DNA of 63,467 nt, the filler included, from Octopus bimaculoides (lineage: Eukaryota), in NCBI RefSeq assembly GCF_001194135.2. It is 4 parts of 3 records of this genome, joined end to end, with 100 filler letters (N's around TTAATTAATTAA, not from the genome) between each part and the next. Parts side by side here need not be neighbours in the genome. Positions count along the whole stretch, not along the records: positions 46,705 to 63,467 come from NC_068996.1; 3 more parts are not named here. One strand, 5' to 3'. Position 1 is the stretch's first letter, and each line of letters begins with the position of its first letter. Shown here piece by piece: positions 47,875-61,870 of the stretch. The position numbers were made by a program, and so were the translations under genes. Under the pieces are notes generated by a model that was not told the DNA's origin, searched no databases, and worked only from the letters and a program-made list of their open reading frames with translations.

Positions 47875-50652
47875 NNNNNNNNNNNNNNNNNNNNNNNNNN
47901 NNNNNNNNNNNNNNNNNNNNNNNNNNNNNNNNNNNNNNNNNNNNNNNNNNNNNNNNNNNNNNNNNNNNNNNNNNNNNNNNNNNNNNNNNNNNNNNNNNNN
48001 NNNNNNNNNNNNNNNNNNNNNNNNNNNNNNNNNNNNNNNNNNNNNNNNNNNNNNNNNNNNNNNNNNNNNNNNNNNNNNNNNNNNNNNNNNNNNNNNNNNN
48101 NNNNNNNNNNNNNNNNNNNNNNNNNNNNNNNNNNNNNNNNNNNNNNNNNNNNNNNNNNNNNNNNNNNNNNNNNNNNNNNNNNNNNNNNNNNNNNNNNNNN
48201 NNNNNNNNNNNNNNNNNNNNNNNNNNNNNNNNNNNNNNNNNNNNNNNNNNNNNNNNNNNNNNNNNNNNNNNNNNNNNNNNNNNNNNNNNNNNNNNNNNNN
48301 NNNNNNNNNNNNNNNNNNNNNNNNNNNNNNNNNNNNNNNNNNNNNNNNNNNNNNNNNNNNNNNNNNNNNNNNNNNNNNNNNNNNNNNNNNNNNNNNNNNN
48401 NNNNNNNNNNNNNNNNNNNNNNNNNNNNNNNNNNNNNNNNNNNNNNNNNNNNNNNNNNNNNNNNNNNNNNNNNNNNNNNNNNNNNNNNNNNNNNNNNNNN
48501 NNNNNNNNNNNNNNNNNNNNNNNNNNNNNNNNNNNNNNNNNNNNNNNNNNNNNNNNNNNNNNNNNNNNNNNNNNNNNNNNNNNNNNNNNNNNNNNNNNNN
48601 NNNNNNNNNNNNNNNNNNNNNNNNNNNNNNNNNNNNNNNNNNNNNNNNNNNNNNNNNNNNNNNNNNNNNNNNNNNNNNNNNNNNNNNNNNNNNNNNNNNN
48701 NNNNNNNNNNNNNNNNNNNNNNNNNNNNNNNNNNNNNNNNNNNNNNNNNNNNNNNNNNNNNNNNNNNNNNNNNNNNNNNNNNNNNNNNNNNNNNNNNNNN
48801 NNNNNNNNNNNNNNNNNNNNNNNNNNNNNNNNNNNATATATATATGTATATACGTAGATGTATATTTATAGGTATACACACATATATACATATGAATATT
48901 CAGATAAAAGTACATATATTTGTGTTTATAAGCATTTATCGATGTATATAATAAGCATGCATGTGTGTGTACGCGTGTGCGTGTGTGCGTATCTGTGTGT
49001 TGTATGTGTGTGTGCGCGCTCGTCTTTATATACGTGGATTGCAATGTATGAAATAATAAACATGTTTATATATAAATATATATATATATATGCACATACA
49101 TTTGTATATGCAAGCACATATAAATAGTGAGAGAGAGAGAGAGAGAGAGATGTGTTCATATGTGTGTCTACACACGCACGCACACACACGCACACGCACA
49201 CACATACACGAGTGCACACATAGAAAACATCTGAACTGACTGCTTCAGGTGGTATATGCCAGAATTGTCTGTGAGTCAATAGGGAAGCAAATTATGCAAT
49301 TAGCAATATTCTTGATTGACACACCATACTATCGTATGCTGCTTCTAATAACCATACTTGTCCTGCCACTGACTCAGAGGAAAAGATATAATAGCTAAAG
49401 GGAATAATTCTTCTGAAAACGGGAAATGTTTCTTGCTGGTGGCTTAGAAATCAGTTCTGTGAAACGAATTGATGATGCGGTGTCAGTTCGTGTATACGTA
49501 TTATGAGAGCGACTACTCTGCTTCGGTAGTAATTTAGGCCAGTTCGTCTTATGTTCGTGTAGTACATAAACATTGCTTTCTTTTCTCTCTCTCACTTTCT
49601 GTCTGTCTCTCTCGCTTTCTCTCTCTTTCTCTTTATTCTTCTCTTACTGGTTTCAGTCATTAGACGACTGCGGCCGAACTGGGGTACGCCTTCAGGGATA
49701 TTTATTATTATTATCATTATTATTTCTTTGCATAATATATTGTCGATGATATCGATACCAATGGTCTGCCTGCTTCTTATTTCTTAGTTTACATATGATA
49801 CAAAGATGTAAACTGGCCTGGAGGAACTCAGTCGGATAACAACTCAGTCAGACATGAATACCGCGAGGTATTCCTGTTTAAATGTATGAGATTTTGAGCC
49901 CATGCCGTATAGAAAAAAATAATGTACACAAGCGTAGAGACAAAAGCACACGTAACTATAAACCCATACAGCTTTTATCTTTTATTATTTACTTGTTTTA
50001 GTCATTAAACTGCGGCCATGCTGGGGCACCACCTTCAAGAAATTTTTGCCATTACTTCTGTCAGTCTCTTTGCTGAAACGTTTGGTACGGTGACGTATAC
50101 GCTACAACATCTGTTGTTGATCGGTGGTGGGGAACAGAGACACAAAGACACACACACACACTAACACACACACACTCACACTCACACACACACACACACA
50201 CACACACNNNNNNNNNNNNNNNNNNNNNNNNNNNNNNNNNNNNNNNNNNNNNNNNNNNNNNNNNNNNNNNNNNNNNNNNNNNNNNNNNNNNNNNNNNNNN
50301 NNNNNNNNNNNNNNNNNNNNNNNNNNNNNNNNNNNNNNNNNNNNNNNNNNNNNNNNNNNNNNNNNNNNNNNNNNNNNNNNNNNNNNNNNNNNNNNNNNNN
50401 NNNNNNNNNNNNNNNNNNNNNNNNNNNNNNNNNNNNNNNNNNNNNNNNNNNNNNNNNNNNNNNNNNNNNNNNNNNNNNNNNNNNNNNNNNNNNNNNNNNN
50501 NNNNNNNNNNNNNNNNNNNNNNNNNNNNNNNNNNNNNNNNNNNNNNNNNNNNNNNNNNNNNNNNNNNNNNNNNNNNNNNNNNNNNNNNNNNNNNNNNNNN
50601 NNNNNNNNNNNNNNNNNNNNNNNNNNNNNNNNNNNNNNNNNNNNNNNNNNNN

Positions 50653-50694
<42 letters not shown>

Positions 50695-50877
50695 CAATGT
50701 ATCTATGTGTGTGTCTCTGTGTCTGCGTTTGTTCCCTATTATCGTTTGACAACCGGTGTTGGTGTATTTATGTTCCCGTAATCTAGCGATTCAGCAAAAG
50801 TTTCTGATAAAATGAATACTACGCTTTAAAAAAATTTCCTGGGGCGGTTTATTGGACTAAAACCCCTATATATAATA

Positions 50878-50922
<45 letters not shown>

Positions 50923-52187
50923 TGGGCTGTAAAGTTCATAGCCTGACTATGAAGGAGTGATGCTATGACGGAGTGACTGTTTAAAGGACTCTTCGACAGT
51001 AAATAGCAGCGACTGCCCTTCAAACTGAGAGAAATTTGGTATTGTGATACTATCAATTTCTTGCAGAAAAACGTTTTAGCCCACAACATTCACGCCGACA
51101 TGCTTGCTACACTATATACAATGGCGAAATATCGATATCCAGCGATTCCGAATTCTATCTGAGACGAGTTGTCCTGTCTGTCTATGACTTTCAGGTGTTT
51201 CAACACCCATCGTTTTGAAGGAGTCGTCCCGCAAGCGCTATTTGGTAGCGAACCAGCGAACAAACAAAACGCATACATGGTGTTTGTGTGATCATGTGCA
51301 CATACTTAAATATATTCAGATATAAATGTATATCTGGATATTCAAACAAAGCAAGGCGTGCTCCAAATATGAGTAAGAATTTGCGTATATTAAATGGAAA
51401 CCGATGAATTTTACAGCGTGTATGGATCCCCACTGTTTTAGAGATTCATACACTGCATTTATCGCAAATTGTTTTCCGTCATGTCACAAAAAACATGTAT
51501 AAATGAGCCCGATTAGAGAATTCAATAATACGGTACACGTGAAGATATTCATTCCTTTGGTCAGCTTTGATTAAGGAGTTACTTCGGGTGAAGGCTTACG
51601 ATATCTAGCCTCGTGATCAATTGGGTTGCTGATTGGGGTGCGTATATTTTTGGGGGGAGAAATAGTCATTTTACTAATCAGTTTCTTTCTTGTTAAGAAC
51701 ATTTTGTACTAATGGAATGATTGTTAGTTTCTAAATGTGAACACCGCTGTCACTTCCATTCCAGTCGACTCAGAATGAGAAAGCATGTCTGGCGGGGGTG
51801 GAACGCGAGTGAGAGAAACTAGAGAGAAGGGTAGAAAGAGGGTGGGTATTTGATCATAAAAATTGATTAGCAATACATTATTCATCGAATCCTAAGGAAT
51901 CAGAAGCAAAGTTAGCGCAGGGTGCTTAAAGAAATATCGCAAGGCATTTTATCTAATGCTCTAAACAAGTTTTTCCCGAACTACTTTTTTTTTTTTTTTT
52001 ACTTAAGGATCCTTTTGATTGCTAATTTTACTCGGGTGGACCCTCATAGCCATTAAATGCTTAAGAAAAATTTCAGTTATATTTTTATAATTAAATATTA
52101 GGAATTTTATTTATGTTGAAATATTTCGAGTATTGTAAAACTATTGCACTTGGATTTAACAATAAATTTTTATGTGGACCACCAACG

Positions 52188-52251
52188 GTCACTAATCCAG
52201 AATAAAGTTGTCACTAATCCAGAATAAAGTTGTCACTAATCCAGAATAAAG
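52188..52251. repeat. 22-bp direct tandem repeat x~3 (GTCACTAATCCAGAATAAAGTT)
   Basis: Two perfect units plus a 20-bp third unit, no spacers. Confidence 0.9.
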
Positions 52252-53062
52252 AGTATTACTACTAGATTAGTGGTGGTAGAGATCAGATATGTATTATAAG
52301 GATATACAAAGGAGAGTTACTCCAATTTTATTGTTGCGAAATAGCGCTAAGCTCTTTGTAATAGTATCTATAGGAGTTATATACCTTTATGCATACACAT
52401 ATGTTTTCGAACCTCATAAAAAGAGACCTGAACCCACAAAAATTCATCAGTGGGGACACAACCACTACATAGATTTAAAAAAAAAACCCATTGTGCTCCA
52501 TCATTTCCAGTCTTGAGCGCACCACTGCCAAAACCCTTCTGTTTCAACAAAAGTGATCTTTACAGTCGTCGGTTACATTTTTAACAATCGCACATTCATA
52601 ACAGTATAAACTGTACCCCGAAAACTAGCTTTCCATTTTAAGATCAGAAATACTTCTAAATTCTACGGTTGTTGAATCTGACAAAGCAGAAGGGAGACAC
52701 ACAATGGAATAATGCTCCCATGTTAGGGAGTATGTTGTTACGCATCAAGCATTATGCTGTTACAGACTTTACAAACTTCATCGAAAACAAGGCCAAACAA
52801 CTAACTGATGAACATATACTCATTCACCAACACACTTCAGGGTCTACGTCGAAGACACCTTGTCTTCTCATTTAGCAATTGCTACGCTCCACTCCAAACA
52901 CAGGCACACATATATACAAACATTGTATTTAATGTATATTGTATGTAGGTTAATAGTGAGCCTCTAGACATGTAAAGTGCTGGAGCATTCTAGAAATAGA
53001 AGACAAATATTTTTCGAATCCATATCTAGTTGTCTTATTGATTGCGGGTCAATTTGTCTGTG

Positions 53063-53135
53063 GACAGTTTAGCTTAATTGGTAAAGCACTTGACAAGTAA
53101 TCAAAGGGATATGAGTTCGAGTTTCATGGCTTGTT
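53063..53135 (+). pseudogene. tRNA-Thr(AGT)-like relic or tRNA-derived SINE head
   Basis: D-arm GCTT/AAGC, anticodon arm CTTGA-CAAGTAA-TCAAA, T-arm ATGAG-TTCGAGT-TTCAT. A at position 33 and an imperfect acceptor stem imply it is non-functional. Confidence 0.55.
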
Positions 53136-54682
53136 GCTGACATATTTTCCCGCTTTGTATGGTTATTTTACCCTGTCTCTGCTGTTCTATCAGCGCTTTT
53201 GCGTTTGAAAATAAATTATTATCTTATTCGTATCTCACAATACACATTTCAGCGCTTCTAAGGTAAACATTGGTTTGTTTACATTAATCGTTATATGTGC
53301 AGTAAGTCCAAAACGTTCCTTATTCAGAAAACGAAAAAATAGTTCCACCATTCCATAGCAAAACCCTTGTATTACACTTTGACAATTTTCATATCTTGGC
53401 ATCTGAAGCAGCTGGAGATAAGATAGCTTGATTAAAAGAACCGGATATTGCAAGCAAAAATAAATATTGAAAAAAAAAAAAAAAAAAACCGCATTTGGCC
53501 AAATTTGGACATACGACAGTTTAACATAATAGCAACGAATTGATTACAATTATCGTCTGTTTCTTCATTTTACTCATCAGACTATAATAANNNNNNNNNN
53601 NNNNNNNNNNNNNNNNNNNNNNNNNNNNNNNNNNNNNNNNNNNNNNNNNNNNNNNNNNNNNNNNNNNNNNNNNNNNNNNNNNNNNNNNNNNNNNNNNNNN
53701 NNNNNNNNNNNNNNNNNNNNNNNNNNNNNNNNNNNNNNNNNNNNNNNNNNNNNNNNNNNNNNNNNNNNNNNNNNNNNNNNNNNNNNNNNNNNNNNNNNNN
53801 NNNNNNNNNNNNNNNNNNNNNNNNNNNNNNNNNNNNNNNNNNNNNNNNNNNNNNNNNNNNNNNNNNNNNNNNNNNNNNNNNNNNNNNNNNNNNNNNNNNN
53901 NNNNNNNNNNNNNNNNNNNNNNNNNNNNNNNNNNNNNNNNNNNNNNNNNNNNNNNNNNNNNNNNNNNNNNNNNNNNNNNNNNNNNNNNNNNNNNNNNNNN
54001 NNNNNNNNNNNNNNNNNNNNNNNNNNNNNNNNNNNNNNNNNNNNNNNNNNNNNNNNNNNNNNNNNNNNNNNNNNNNNNNNNNNNNNNNNNNNNNNNNNNN
54101 NNNNNNNNNNNNNNNNNNNNNNNNNNNNNNNNNNNNNNNNNNNNNNNNNNNNNNNNNNNNNNNNNNNNNNNNNNNNNNNNNNNNNNNNNNNNNNNNNNNN
54201 NNNNNNNNNNNNNNNNNNNNNNNNNNNNNNNNNNNNNNNNNNNNNNNNNNNNNNNNNNNNNNNNNNNNNNNNNNNNNNNNNNNNNNNNNNNNNNNNNNNN
54301 NNNNNNNNNNNNNNNNNNNNNNNNNNNNNNNNNNNNNNNNNNNNNNNNNNNNNNNNNNNNNNNNNNNNNNNNNNNNNNNNNNNNNNNNNNNNNNNNNNNN
54401 NNNNNNNNNNNNNNNNNNNNNNNNNNNNNNNNNNNNNNNNNNNNNNNNNNNNNNNNNNNNNNNNNNNNNNNNNNNNNNNNNNNNNNNNNNNNNNNNNNNN
54501 NNNNNNNNNNNNNNNNNNNNNNNNNNNNNNNNNNNNNNNNNNNNNNNNNNNNNNNNATATATATATATATATATATATATACGACAGGCTTCTTTCAGTT
54601 TCCGTCTACCAAATCTACTCACAAGGCTTTGGTCGGCTCGAGATTATAGTAGAAGACACTTTCCCAAAGTGTCACGCAAATA

Positions 54683-54988
54683 TGAGTAATCCTGTGAGGA
54701 ACTGTGCCTGTCCCATAAGGGCCGGTTTCTCGGTTTCATTGGTGTATAGGTTCCCCACCTGGACGAGACGCTGGTCCGTCGCAGGTGAGCTGCTAGATGC
54801 AGGAGGAAAGAACGAGAGCAAGTTGTAGCGAAAGAGTCTGAAGAAGTCCACCAATATATTCTGCTAGAGCCGCGTGGAGCTCAGGTGTTTTGCTCATAAA
54901 CTCACACACATCGCCCGGTCTGAGATTCCAACCCGCGATCCCTCGACCGCGAGTCCGCTGCTCTAACCACTAGGCTATATGCCTCCAT
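54683..54988 (-). mobile_element. SINE family C-related copy
   Basis: Minus-strand head TGGAGGCATATAGCCTAGTGGTTAGAGCAGCGGACTCGCGGTCGAGGGATCGCGGG, homologous to 44238. Confidence 0.8.
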
Positions 54989-55148
54989 AAATTAAGGTAT
55001 AAATTTCCGTAATTTATTTCTCCGAGTTTTCCTCTGAGCTGAGTCACTGGCTTTTGCTATTGTGGTCGAATGATATAAATGAAATATTTATACAGAGACA
55101 TGGTTTAGAATAGAGAAAAAAGAAAGGAAGGTTCTAACAATGGAAATA

Positions 55149-55302
55149 GTTTTACAAAAGCTATTATATTTCAGGTATAAAAGCCCATTCTCGGAAGAAA
55201 GCAGTCTGAAAAATATCGGAATCTGTGTAACTAGACATTTCCCAGACTGCTTTCTGCTGTGGATGTACTTTTGCGACTGAAATATAAAGTTTTTTGTAAA
55301 AC
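55149..55302. repeat. Imperfect inverted repeat / long hairpin (~154 nt)
   Basis: Outer arms GTTTTACAAAA..TATATTTCAG / CTGAAATATA..TTTTGTAAAAC, inner perfect 13-bp stem AGAAAGCAGTCTG/CAGACTGCTTTCT. Confidence 0.8.
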
Positions 55303-55715
55303 TTTCCGTATTGCTAGAAGCTTTCTTATTTACTTTTTTCTTTTCCTTCTTCGGTACTACAATGCGTCAAGCGAACTACAACGCTCTAAGTGACATGGTT
55401 TGTTACTCTTAAAAGAAAAGTAGTATTTTATTGGACAAGAAATCATCGCAAACTACCCAGACTCATAATTTTAATTCGAGCAAGAGGAAAGTAAGTACCG
55501 TCAACAATGTTGAGAAGAGTGAGAAAAGTGCTGCGACGGTAGTAGTGCGAATGAAGTCAGTCATGTGATAGACGAAGAGCAGATGAGGGCAGGTCATGTG
55601 ACAGAAATCAAAGAAGTAAAAGAAAAAAGGAAAACACAATCAATGCGTGTGTTTTGTTGGCAGAAATACAACATGCACAAAGTATCACGCGTATACGCAC
55701 ATATATATATACACA

Positions 55716-55746
<31 letters not shown>

Positions 55747-57299
55747 GACTTTCCGTATTCCCGAGCGTCATACTAATACATCCTTTTGTTGTTTACACCA
55801 CCTGTCCTCGTCTGTTGTTGTTTTTTCGTACATTCTCCCATATATATNNNNNNNNNNNNNNNNNNNNNNNNNNNNNNNNNNNNNNNNNNNNNNNNNNNNN
55901 NNNNNNNNNNNNNNNNNNNNNNNNNNNNNNNNNNNNNNNNNNNNNNNNNNNNNNNNNNNNNNNNNNNNNNNNNNNNNNNNNNNNNNNNNNNNNNNNNNNN
56001 NNNNNNNNNNNNNNNNNNNNNNNNNNNNNNNNNNNNNNNNNNNNNNNNNNNNNNNNNNNNNNNNNNNNNNNNNNNNNNNNNNNNNNNNNNNNNNNNNNNN
56101 NNNNNNNNNNNNNNNNNNNNNNNNNNNNNNNNNNNNNNNNNNNNNNNNNNNNNNNNNNNNNNNNNNNNNNNNNNNNNNNNNNNNNNNNNNNNNNNNNNNN
56201 NNNNNNNNNNNNNNNNNNNNNNNNNNNNNNNNNNNNNNNNNNNNNNNNNNNNNNNNNNNNNNNNNNNNNNNNNNNNNNNNNNNNNNNNNNNNNNNNNNNN
56301 NNNNNNNNNNNNNNNNNNNNNNNNNNNNNNNNNNNNNNNNNNNNNNNNNNNNNNNNNNNNNNNNNNNNNNNNNNNNNNNNNNNNNNNNNNNNNNNNNNNN
56401 NNNNNNNNNNNNNNNNNNNNNNNNNNNNNNNNNNNNNNNNNNNNNNNNNNNNNNNNNNNNNNNNNNNNNNNNNNNNNNNNNNNNNNNNNNNNNNNNNNNN
56501 NNNNNNNNNNNNNNNNNNNNNNNNNNNNNNNNNNNNNNNNNNNNNNNNNNNNNNNNNNNNNNNNNNNNNNNNNNNNNNNNNNNNNNNNNNNNNNNNNNNN
56601 NNNNNNNNNNNNNATATATATATATATATATATAAGCATTATCAGCCACATATACTGAAGGTACAACACAGCGTATTTGCCGGTAGGCTGCAATTTGGCG
56701 TGGTAGAAAACATTATTTGAAAGCGCCTAATGTTAAACACCTGAAAGTCATGGAAAAGCGAGATAGCTCGCCCGAGATCCCATCCAGGAGTGATGAGCAT
56801 CGGTGTTTCGCTGTTTTTGTGCTTCATCAACAATACATATCACAACAGGATAGGAGATGAATCATGTCATCACTTCACGACTTATATGCATATAGCCTGA
56901 AAACTATGTGCAGATATGCCCCGGCAATGCATGCGTAAAAATAAATTCAAATATGATCATTTCATTAAGCAGCGCTAATCTAATAAAAACTTTATCGAAC
57001 ATAAGCAATTGAAGGTAATTACTCGTGCATTTTTCAGTAAGCTGCGATATAGCGTGATGGAGAATACTTTCTCAAAGCGTGGATGTTAAAACACCTGAAA
57101 TTCAAGGACAGGTTAGATAACTCACCTCTAGTTTCAGTGGTTGATAATCCTTATCACACTAACGATACTTCCATTTCATATTTCAATATATTTAATATAT
57201 ATATATTCGTATTTATATATATGAATATCTACGTATATGTATATATACAAACATGAGTATTTACATACATCCATACATATTTATACATATGTAGTCATT

Positions 57300-57372
57300 C
57301 CATAATACATGATGTGCATAAATTTATGTGTATGTATATACACATATATGCATATATACATTTATGCATATG

Positions 57373-57421
<49 letters not shown>

Positions 57422-57593
57422 CTCTATATGTGTGCGTGTGTATGTATATATACATATATATAGAAAGAAAGGGAAGGAGACAAATTTATACACGTACATA
57501 TATACATCTATTCATACATATACGTACACTCAGGCAAAACTGTATGTATGTACGTATATATATTTATATGTATATATTTGTGTATGTGTATAT

Positions 57594-57672
<79 letters not shown>

Positions 57673-59049
57673 CATACACATACACATATATATATTTACA
57701 TGTATATATATGTGTATGTGTGTATGTGTGTTTGTGTGTATGTATATACATGAATACATACAGACAAACATGCATGTATACATACATACATGCATACATA
57801 CACACACACATACATACATACATACATACATACATACATACATACATACATACATGCATAAATACATACATGAATTAATATGTACAATCATACGCGCGCT
57901 TTAATACACTCACGCTATCAAAGAGAGTCAATGAAGAAACGTTTAAAACAATAACAGCACATAAATATAGGTGGGGGTATCGAAGTAACATAATGGCCTT
58001 AGTAGCTATAGAATAATACAATGTTGATCCGCGGGAAAAATGCACTTAATATTGTTAGACTGGAACATGGCATGTGACGATGTGAAAATGCATGAAACGA
58101 ACCATGTGCAAGCGAAAGACAAATTAAAGCAAAGCGTCTATACGTACATCATCTGTGCTATACAAGAATACTCGGGGGCTATAATTTATTAAGGAAATTA
58201 CGTCGGAGAATGTTTGCGAGAAACTTAGTGCATTTAATGTAATATGCACGAACAAACTTGCAAATCTTGTAGCGCAGGGAAAAGGTGTGTAATGCACGCC
58301 ACCTGCATATAACATATAGGAATGAATGAGTGGTGTACATGTGAGTGTAAATATGTTAGTGTGTGTATATACGTATGTATGTACACGTATATATATATAT
58401 ATATATATATNNNNNNNNNNNNNNNNNNNNNNNNNNNNNNNNNNNNNNNNNNNNNNNNNNNNNNNNNNNNNNNNNNNNNNNNNNNNNNNNNNNNNNNNNN
58501 NNNNNNNNNNNNNNNNNNNNNNNNNNNNNNNNNNNNNNNNNNNNNNNNNNNNNNNNNNNNNNNNNNNNNNNNNNNNNNNNNNNNNNNNNNNNNNNNNNNN
58601 NNNNNNNNNNNNNNNNNNNNNNNNNNNNNNNNNNNNNNNNNNNNNNNNNNNNNNNNNNNNNNNNNNNNNNNNNNNNNNNNNNNNNNNNNNNNNNNNNNNN
58701 NNNNNNNNNNNNNNNAGACATGCAGATATATACATATGCTTGTATGTTTATATATATACATATATATATGCACACATATGTATAGATACACACACAAGCG
58801 CACACACATATGCATACATACATAAATGTATCTACATATACATTATTTATACATACGTACGTATATGCATATACATACATATATGTATATACAAACACAT
58901 ACACACATATATAGATTTATACATACTAGCATACACACAGATACATATATATCCATTCATACATACATACATACATACATGTATACACAAACATACATGC
59001 ATACATACATACATACATACATACATACATACAAACATACATACATACA

Positions 59050-59080
<31 letters not shown>

Positions 59081-59573
59081 GCATGTATGCCTGCGTAGAC
59101 ACAAATGCAAATACATTGTTATCAGTGTCTTTCTGTCTGTGAACCTACGTTTGTGTATTTACAGTAATGTTAGCATGCAGTAAATACGATTTTTCATAAA
59201 CGAATATACGTACATACATACACAGCTACACGTGTTTATGATGCAGGTAATTCATGTTGTGTTTGTGTAAATATATCTTTAGTGACAATAGATAGCTGAA
59301 CATTTTACAGTGATATATTTTTTAATTGATTAAATGGATAGGAATATGTTGTAGTAATTAATATAATGTTAATAAACGAACACCAGGCATATAAATAAAC
59401 GAAAGAGATTTAACACAAGAATCATGATCCATTGCGCAAATACAGATGAAAGCTCTTCAGAAGAACTAAATATATTCGCATATACGTACCCACATTCACA
59501 AATGTCTACGCCCGCACACACACACATAAAAACACATTTAAACATTAATACACACACATACATACATACATAC

Positions 59574-59664
<91 letters not shown>

Positions 59665-59665
59665 C

Positions 59666-59707
<42 letters not shown>

Positions 59708-59720
59708 NNNNNNNNNNNNN
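57300..59720. repeat. Compound (TA)n/(TACA)n/(CA)n microsatellite field with N-gaps
   Basis: Direct inspection; source of most spurious YI/HT/CV ORFs. Confidence 0.9.
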
Positions 59721-60144
59721 NNNNNNNNNNNNNNNNNNNNNNNNNNNNNNNNNNNNNNNNNNNNNNNNNNNNNNNNNNNNNNNNNNNNNNNNNNNNNNNN
59801 NNNNNNNNNNNNNNNNNNNNNNNNNNNNNNNNNNNNNNNNNNNNNNNNNNNNNNNNNNNNNNNNNNNNNNNNNNNNNNNNNNNNNNNNNNNNNNNNNNNN
59901 NNNNNNNNNNNNNNNNNNNNNNNNNNNNNNNNNNNNNNNNNNNNNNNNNNNNNNNNNNNNNNNNNNNNNNNNNNNNNNNNNNNNNNNNNNNNNNNNNNNN
60001 NNNNNNNNNNNNNNNNNNNNNNNNNNNNNNNNNNNNNNNNNNNNNNNNNNNNNNNNNNNNNNNTATACATATATATATACACACTCACACATATACGATA
60101 TATATATGTATCTATCTTTCTATTTGTCTATCTATTTATCTATC

Positions 60145-60175
<31 letters not shown>

Positions 60176-60177
60176 CA

Positions 60178-60560
60178 CCTTTTACCCTGTTTCAGTCATT
60201 AGACTACGGCCTAGCTGAGGCACCGCCTCGAACAACTTTTGAAGTCGAATGAATCGATCTCAGAAAATTTTATTTAAGCCCGATACTTATTCTATCGATT
60301 ACTTTTGCCATACCGCTAACCGACGGGGACGTAAACACTCCAACACCGGTTGCCAATCGGGAGTAGCGGGCAAACAAACACACACACACACACACTTGTG
60401 CATGACGGAATTCTTGCAGTTTCACTTTACCAAATCCACTCACAAGGCTTCTATCGGCCCGGGGCTAGAGTTCAGGACACTACCCCAAGATGCTACACAG
60501 TGGAACTGAACCCAGAACCATTGGTAGGGAAGCAAGGTCCTTATCACGTAGCCACGCCTA
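60178..60560 (-). mobile_element. Diverged SINE family A copy
   Basis: TGTTTCAGTCATTAGACT..CAAATCCACTCACAAGGCTT..GTAGCCACGCC. Confidence 0.8.
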
Positions 60561-61679
60561 TATTTGCTGTGTGTTCATATAGATGGGTATATAAATTTAC
60601 ACACAAACTCATAAGAGCACTTTGACTAAATACAAAAATGTAAACCTACATTCACACACACACACATACATGCGGAAATATTTAAAGCAATGTATACAAA
60701 TGTGTTTGTTGGGTGTTTGCATGAATGGGCGTGTATTTGTTGTGTACGTGAATAAATTTCTGCATAGTCCTTAGTTACATATGTGTTCAATATGTGTGCA
60801 TATATGTGCGCATATATGAATTGGACCAAGAGAGAGAAAAGGAGAAAGAAAGAAGAAAATAGACCGAGGATCATAGAATGACAAATGACATAAGTAATTA
60901 ATTCAATGCGGTGTAACAGAGACTGTTACAAACGTTTTACAATAGCGCTAAGACAAAGACTTCAGCTATTGGCAGATAAACAATTATATATGACGACTGT
61001 ATAAAGGCTGGCGGCAATTACTCCTCACCAAGAATCACTGTTAAAGCCTCTGTGTTGTCGCTCAGTCGGCGTGTGATAGCAGCCATGCTAAAACGCAATT
61101 GTCCAAACGCTCTCGTTTTTGTAACAAGAAGGTCACGGTTATTTTATTAGCTTTTAGTATATTGTGATTTTTACTAAAACGGGTTGGTCATGGTTAGGAC
61201 GCCTTAAATTAATGTTATGCACAACAAAAGACGACCGTATACTGGTCGCTTCACTTTAACTTTTACTTGTCTCAGTTATTAAACTCTCGGCCATGCTGGG
61301 GCATATCAGCATGGATATGTACACACACACACACACACACACACGTATCTTTCCATCCATACATTTGTATCTATATATAAACTTATGTTTACATGTTGAA
61401 TGTGTATGTATTTATGGATATATATTCACATACATGTTCGTGAGTGTGTGTATCTGTGGTGTGAATANNNNNNNNNNATATATATATATATATATATATA
61501 ATATATGTATGCTCACACACACATACTCACACATACACACATACATACACACATACACACACGCACAAGTATGGTAAATAAACGTACGACATAACGTATA
61601 CAGAGTGTAAAACCAGACGGGAGGCAAGTACAGAACGTCTCTAATTCTTCATCAGTTATCAACCAGTTATCACTTTCGC

Positions 61680-61870
61680 ACCTACATTTATATCTACTAC
61701 ATATGTGGGAAATTCTGTCTGTGGGTGTGTTTGTGGAGTTGTTAGCTAACTCCTTCTACATCGTTTTATCGATTTTGATGAAACTTGACACGTGAGTCGA
61801 ACTCATGTCTGGAAACCCCATGGCATACTCAGGTTGTTGAAAAAGTGGATAATAGGGGCCATGGAAGGGA
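61680..61870 (+). mobile_element. Possible HINE-like element 5' portion
   Basis: TCTACTACATATG..TCTGTCTGT..CGATTTTGATGAAACTTG motif typical of these non-autonomous elements. Confidence 0.4.

Noticed and set aside
52188-52251. CRISPR-like direct repeats
   Set aside because: Contiguous tandem units without spacers, in a eukaryotic genome.
58130-58312. Minus-strand exon-like open frame (GGVHYTPFPCATRF..)
   Set aside because: No recognisable domain and no partner exons; it may be chance.
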